From NCBI GenBank assembly GCA_963770565.1, contig CAVYQE010000001.1:256001-320000 (forward strand): DNA of 64,000 nt, given 5' to 3'. Shown here one piece after another: positions 58,642 through 64,000 of this stretch; the first letter of the stretch is position 1, and every line of letters starts with the position of its first letter. This DNA comes from an uncultured Actinomycetota bacterium (GTDB taxonomy: Bacteria; Actinomycetota; Actinomycetes; JAFAQI01). Position numbers and translations under genes: made by a program. The notes under the pieces are model-generated. The model saw only the letters and a list, made by a program, of their open reading frames with translations. It was not told where the DNA came from and did no database searches.

Positions 58642-59931
58642 CTAATTGCGGCGAATGCCGTTCGGGCCGGCGGCGACGGCAGGGCCCTGGCTGTCGAAAA
58701 TCGTCCAGATCGGGTTTTCCTGCGCAGCTTCGTCAGATAGGCCTCGGATTTCTGCTTGTATCGCTCCTGCTTGAGCTGCTTGCGAATCGCGACTTGGGCT
58801 TCGAGAAACGGAGTGCGATAAGCATCTTTCCGCTCGATCACGCGCGACGATGTGATAGCCTTCGTCGTCTTCCAAGATTCGGCTCATTCGCATGACGGGC
58901 AAGCCGAAGAGCGCCGCGTCGAGGACGGTCGATTTCAGGCTTCCCTGAGTGGTCCAATCGCGCTGGCCGCCGCTGCTGGCCGTGGGGCCCTGCGAGTGGG
59001 CCTTGGCCACTTCGGCGAAGGGGACGCCCCGCAGCACGTCGTTTCCCATGTTGCACAGCGCCGCACGCGCCTCCGGCTTGCTCCCGAATTTGTCGAAATC
59101 GACCGTCAGCTCCTCCCATCGCGCGCGGGCCTGGTGGTCGAATTTCGTGCCGTTGTTTTGATAGTAGGCGAAGATGTCGGCATAGGGGATTTCCTCCTCT
59201 TTCACGTTTTGCTGGAGCCACATCTTGGCCACGTTGTTTTCGAAGAACACCCTGCGGCGGCGCTCGAGCGATGTTCCGACTTCGTGCAGCTTTGCATCGA
59301 GTTCCTCTTTCGTCTTGCACTTGGCCCGCTCCATCATCGCCGTGACTTGCGATTTGTAGAACTCGTCGTTGAGCTTCTTTTCGATGTCCTTGAGGCCTTC
59401 GGCGGGAATGGTCTTGGAGGCTTCGGCGAACAGGATTTTGCTGTCGGCCATTCCGCGGATTTCATCGAGCAATTCGGCCCGGACGGGGGCCAGCACCGAG
59501 TCCGGCGCTCCCTCGGCTTGGGCCTTGGCATAGGCGGCGTATTTTCCCAGAAAATCCGAGGCGAGAATCGTATCGGCGCCGACGCGGGCGACGATCAGGG
59601 CGCTATCCAAATTGCGAATCGGCCCGGCGCCGGCGATCGGGCGGCCCTGACCGTAGGGACTGTTTCCCGCCGGAGTCCGGCCGTCGGACGGGGCCGTCGG
59701 ATACCGCAACGGGATCGGCTGCATGGGCGCCTGGGGAATGTTCTCGAATTGCGCTCTCACGCGCGGATCGATCCCCGGATCGATCCCTTGCCCATACGCC
59801 GGATCGGGCGCTTGGGCCCGCACCTGATTCGCGAAATTCACCAATTCTTGCCCGAGGCCGGGGCGCAAGAGAATCGCTCCCAGCAGCACGAGCGTCGAGC
59901 AGAAGATCGTCGGGTAAAGCGAGCGTGGCAC
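58642..59931 (-). CDS. Parvulin/SurA-type peptidyl-prolyl isomerase
   Basis: IVARVG, FAEVAKAHS.GPTASSGG..DW and GYHIV. Confidence 0.85.
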   Translation of the reverse strand: MPRSLYPTIFCSTLVLLGAILLRPGLGQELVNFANQVRAQAPDPAYGQGIDPGIDPRVRAQFENIPQAPMQPIPLRYPTAPSDGRTPAGNSPYGQGRPIAGAGPIRNLDSALIVARVGADTILASDFLGKYAAYAKAQAEGAPDSVLAPVRAELLDEIRGMADSKILFAEASKTIPAEGLKDIEKKLNDEFYKSQVTAMMERAKCKTKEELDAKLHEVGTSLERRRRVFFENNVAKMWLQQNVKEEEIPYADIFAYYQNNGTKFDHQARARWEELTVDFDKFGSKPEARAALCNMGNDVLRGVPFAEVAKAHSQGPTASSGGQRDWTTQGSLKSTVLDAALFGLPVMRMSRILEDDEGYHIVARDRAERCLSHSVSRSPSRDSQAAQAGAIQAEIRGLSDEAAQENPIWTIFDSQGPAVAAGPNGIRRN

Positions 59932-60143
59932 GGCGGAGGTCAGGGGTCGGGGGTCGGGGGTCGGGGGTCGGGGTGGGTCGGGGGTCGGAGGTCGTCGCGG
60001 AAGCGCCGGGGCTCTCGCGACGGCGGCTCTTGGAAGCCACCGCTACGGGTCGATGGATCGGAATCAGGAGAAGCGATGTGTGACGAGCCGCAGTCGGCGC
60101 GGGCGGCGCGCACCTGTCACGGGGGCGGGATTATAGGCGCGGC

Positions 60144-63100
60144 TCACGAAGGCCGCAACAGCGATTTGATCGCTGCGGCCAGCCGCTCGAAATCGAGCAC
60201 CCCTTTTTCCAAAGGCTGATAAGCGCTGCGGTCGTCGACCAGCCGCAGCCGCCCCGGCTGGGATTTCGCCAATTCCTCGATCCGGCGGCGATTGCGGTAG
60301 TCGTACACCACAAATCCCTCTTCGCGGCGGATCGCGTCGATCTGCCAAAAGGCCGCCGCGATCCGCAACTCCGCTTGCTCGATGAGCCTGCCGACCGGTG
60401 GCGGCGGTGGACCGAAACGATCGAGCATTTCCGCCGTCAAATCGGCCAATTCCTCGGCCGCGGCCACCCGCGCCAATCGCCGATAAAGGTCGATCTTCAG
60501 CCGCATGTCGGGCACATAGGTCGGCGGAATGAAGGCCTCTCCCGGCAGATCGACATGCACGTCGAGCACCGCCTTGGGGGGCATCTGTTGCAGCTTCCGC
60601 ACCGCCTGCTCGAGCAATTCGCAATAGAGTTCGTAGCCGACGACCGCGATATGGCCGCTCTGCTGCGTACCGAGAATGTTGCCCGCCCCGCGGATTTCCA
60701 GATCGCGCATGGCGATGGCGAAGCCGGCCCCGATCGCGCTGAATTCCTCGATGGCCCGCAGACGGCGGACCGAATTGCCGGAGACGTATTTGTTCGGATC
60801 GAGCAGCAGATAGCAATAGGCCCGATGTTTGTAGCGCCCGACCCGGCCGCGCAATTGATGCAGATCGGCCAGTCCATAGCGATCGGCCTCGTCGATGAAG
60901 ATCGTGTTGGCGTTGGGAATGTCGAGGCCGCTTTCGACGATCGTGGTGGCCAGCAGAATGTCGAAATCGTGGGCCACGAAGCCGAGCATCACCTCTTCCA
61001 ATTCGCCCTCGGCCATTTGGCCGTGGCCGATGCGGAGCCGCGCCTCGGGCACGATCCGCCGCAGCTTGGCCGCGACGAGTTCGATGTCGTTGATCCGATT
61101 GTGGACGAAAAAGGCTTGCCCATCGCGATTGAGTTCGCGCAGCAGGGCCTGGCGGATCAGCTCTTCGTCGAACCGCGTGACGCGGGTCTCGACGGCCAGG
61201 CGGTCTTCGGGGGGCGTTTCCAGGTTCGAGATGTCGCGGAGGCCCAAGAGCGACATATGCAAAGTGCGCGGGATCGGCGTGGCGGTCATGGTGAGCACGT
61301 CGATCGTTTCCCGCAGCTTCTTGAGCCGCTCCTTGACCTCGACGCCGAACCGCTGCTCCTCGTCGATGATCACCAGGCCGAGATTGGCGAACGCGATGTC
61401 GGCCTGGGCGAGCCGATGGGTGCCGATCACGACGTCGATCGATCCGGCTTTCAGCCCCTTGAGGATCTTGGTTTGCTCGCGGCCGGTGCAAAACCGGCTC
61501 AGGGCCGCGATCTGAAAGGGGAATTCCGCCATTCGCTCGGTGAACGTCCGGCGATGTTGCTCGCAAAGGATCGTTGTCGGCACCAACAGGGCCACTTGAT
61601 AGCCGGCCTCGACCGCCTTGAACACGGCCCGCATCGCCACTTCCGTCTTGCCGAAGCCCACGTCGCCGCACAGCAGCCGATCCATCGGCCGCGCAGAGCT
61701 GCATGTCGTGTCTTGATCGCGGCAATGGCGCTCGAGCTGATCGGTCGTCTCGCGATAGGGAAAGGCCGCGTCGAATTCCTGCTGCCACGGCGTGTCGGCG
61801 GGAAAATGGATTCCCGGCCGCGACGAACGGTCGCTTGCATCCGCAGCATGTCGGCCGCCAGATCGGTGACGGCCTCGCGGGCGGCCTCTTTCTGCTTGTT
61901 CCACAGCCGGCCGCCGACGTGGGCCAGGCTCGGCCGCGATTTGCTCCCGCCCACGTATTTCTGCACGAGTTCGATATTGGCCGCGGGGACGAAGATTTTC
62001 GTCCCCCCGTGGAACTCGAGTTCCAGATGCTCCTCGATCTGATCGTCTTTCTCGAGCAGCTTGAGCCCGCGGTAGCGGCCGATGCCGTGCGCCAGATGAA
62101 CGATGAAATCCCCTTCGCGGAGATCGAGAAAGCTATCGACCACGCGGCTCAGGCGGCGCTGGCTGGGGCGATTGAGATCGCTGCGATGAAAAAGTTCATG
62201 GCCGCTGACCAGGATCAGCCGCCGCGCCACCAGGCGAAAGCCGGCGGCGAGCCGGCCGGCGACGAAGCCCAGGCTTCCCTGGGCGGCCAGCCGCGTCGTG
62301 CCGAAGATTTCCCGCAGCCGCTCGATCTCGGCCTCCGTCTGGCAGACGATGGTCACTTCATATCCGTCGGCGGCCGAATCGAGTTCCTCGCGCACTTTCG
62401 GCGATGTCGCCGGAAAATCGCTCGACGCTTTCGATCCGCAATTGGCAGGTCGCTTCGAGCGTGCCGCCGGAAATCGCCGCCGCCGTCACCGACGGGAAAC
62501 GATACGCATCGTTGAGCACTTCCGCCGTGGTGTGAAAATCCTGCGGCCGATCGACGCGGTTGAGATAATGCCGGGCCTCCTCTTGAATCTCTTCCGGCTC
62601 GATCGACAGAAACCAGCCCGCGGCGGAAGATAGCCGGTGAGGTGGTCGCGCTGCTCCGGCCTCGGCTTGAGGATCGTGATCTCCAGGGCTCTCGAGCGGC
62701 TGCAAGCTCCGCTGGCTGGCAACCTCGAAGCGGCCGGAGCGACTCGACCCGATCGCCGAAGAATTCGATCCGCACGGGATCGTCCCAATCGGGGGCGAAC
62801 ACGATCGACGATCCCCCCGCGCAGCGAGAATTCGCCCGGCAATTGCACGGCGGGCGTGTTTTCGAAAGACCGCTGGCCGCGATCCAGCGGAGCAGTTCAT
62901 CGACGTCGGTCTCCTGCGCCGACGCGAAGCCGCCGTGTCTGGGCGGCTAGCAGCGGCCGGCGAAGCGACCGGTTGCAACAGGCTTTGAATGCTGGTCACG
63001 AGCAATCGCGGCGGCTCGGCCGCGGGCCGGCCAGGCAGTTTGAGCACGCGGAGCCGGTCGCCATGAATTTGGTCGTCAACGGCCCGCTCGGCGGCAGTGG

Positions 63101-63396
63101 TTTCCCAAGCGGGGAACGCTTCGGCGGGCGTGGCGGTGAAGAGGGCCAAATCGTCGCAGAGCGCGTCGATATCGCCCGCCCGCGAGACAGACGATGACGA
63201 GCATGGCGGGGGCTCGGCTTCGATCGCGGCCGCGGCCAGCGCGCAGCTCGATCCCCAGATGCCGCCCAGCGTGGCCCCTTGGCCTGATTTCAGGCTGGCC
63301 ACGACTTCGGCGAAACCCGGCTCATCGTGCAGCACACCGGCCAGTTCGAGCAGCCGGCCGGCCACGTCGGTTTCCGTCGGATTCGTGACGCACCAT
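60144..63396 (-). CDS. mfd: Transcription-repair coupling factor
   Basis: IVHLAHGIGRY, MDRLLCGDVGFGKTEVA, IIDEEQRFG, MTATPIPRTL, QLRGRVGR and DLEIRGAGNILG. Confidence 0.96.
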
Positions 63397-63542
63397 GCTC
63401 CTTCACCAGAACGTCAATCGTCCATTGTAGCGCCGTGGCGGCGAGTGTCGTCAGCGGCGATTCTTTCGCGATGACCGCCGACGGAACAAGACGGGCGAAT
63501 GCCCCAGTTCGGTCAACCGTATCGAGCTTTGACAGACCGCCC

Positions 63543-64000
63543 CTACTCTTCCTCGGCCACGTCGAGCAGCGAATGGCCCTCGTGTTCCTCGACTTCGACC
63601 TCATGCATCACTTCAGCCACCTCGCGGCGGCTCGCCAGATAGTAGCAGACGCCGATCAGGGCCACGGCGAACGTCAGGATGCGAAACGCCAGCGAGACCA
63701 GGGCTCCGACGCCGTGCGCCGGCGGCAGCACACCCGCCCCTTGATCGCCTGCGGCACGTGGCGATACAGGACCTCGGCTGCCCCTTCGACAGCCCCAACC
63801 CCATCATCGGCAGCGGCACGATGCTGGCCACCGTGGCCAGCGGCACGATGACCATGTGGGCTCCCAGCGAGGGATGATTCTCGAGCAGGCCCGCCGAAAC
63901 CAAAAAAAACGACACCGCGAAAGCCCTTGCGCGACCAGCGTCGCCAACAGCGCCAGGCCCAGCACCCAGGTCTGCCGCCGATAGCGGCGCATCGCGGCAA
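63543..64000 (-). CDS. Lysylphosphatidylglycerol synthase TM / flippase-like protein, partial
   Basis: IVPLATVASIVPLP..GLG..EG and ALVSLAFR. The gene runs off the window end. Confidence 0.6.

Overview
High-GC bacterial chromosome segment. The DUF1549/DUF1553 and DUF1501 proteins and the REP-like intergenic repeats point to a planctomycete (Pirellulales-like). Many conserved genes (gyrB, dnaN, dnaA, der, hisF, mfd) carry single-base frameshifts, most likely unpolished long-read indels, so gene coordinates are stitched across frames and approximate. The core is a dnaA-dnaN-dciA-gyrB cluster with a candidate oriC, plus cysteine desulfurase, mtnA, ald, der, hisF, PilT/PilB-like genes, GH2, Hsp70, sat, EAL, a PPIase and mfd. 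The first ~10 kb is a lower-GC island downstream of gyrB. It encodes a candidate nucleotide-modification/defence system: a thymidylate-synthase-family enzyme with a dCMP-type specificity residue, a UDG-like protein, an aGPT-pyrophosphorylase clade-3-like protein, a HigB plus HigA/ImmA pair and a Nudix hydrolase. The synthase is split by an IS1380 that itself carries a nested IS4. Other notable items are a mini kinase-like gene with apparently permuted motifs that shares its CATG start with a divergent gene, degenerate copies of gene 3' ends (gyrB, dnaN, GNAT, pRiA4b), a 167-bp tandem REP array, CTAG-bounded MITEs and a recurrent TGTAC/GTACA operator-like motif. No rRNA, tRNA or CRISPR array was seen.
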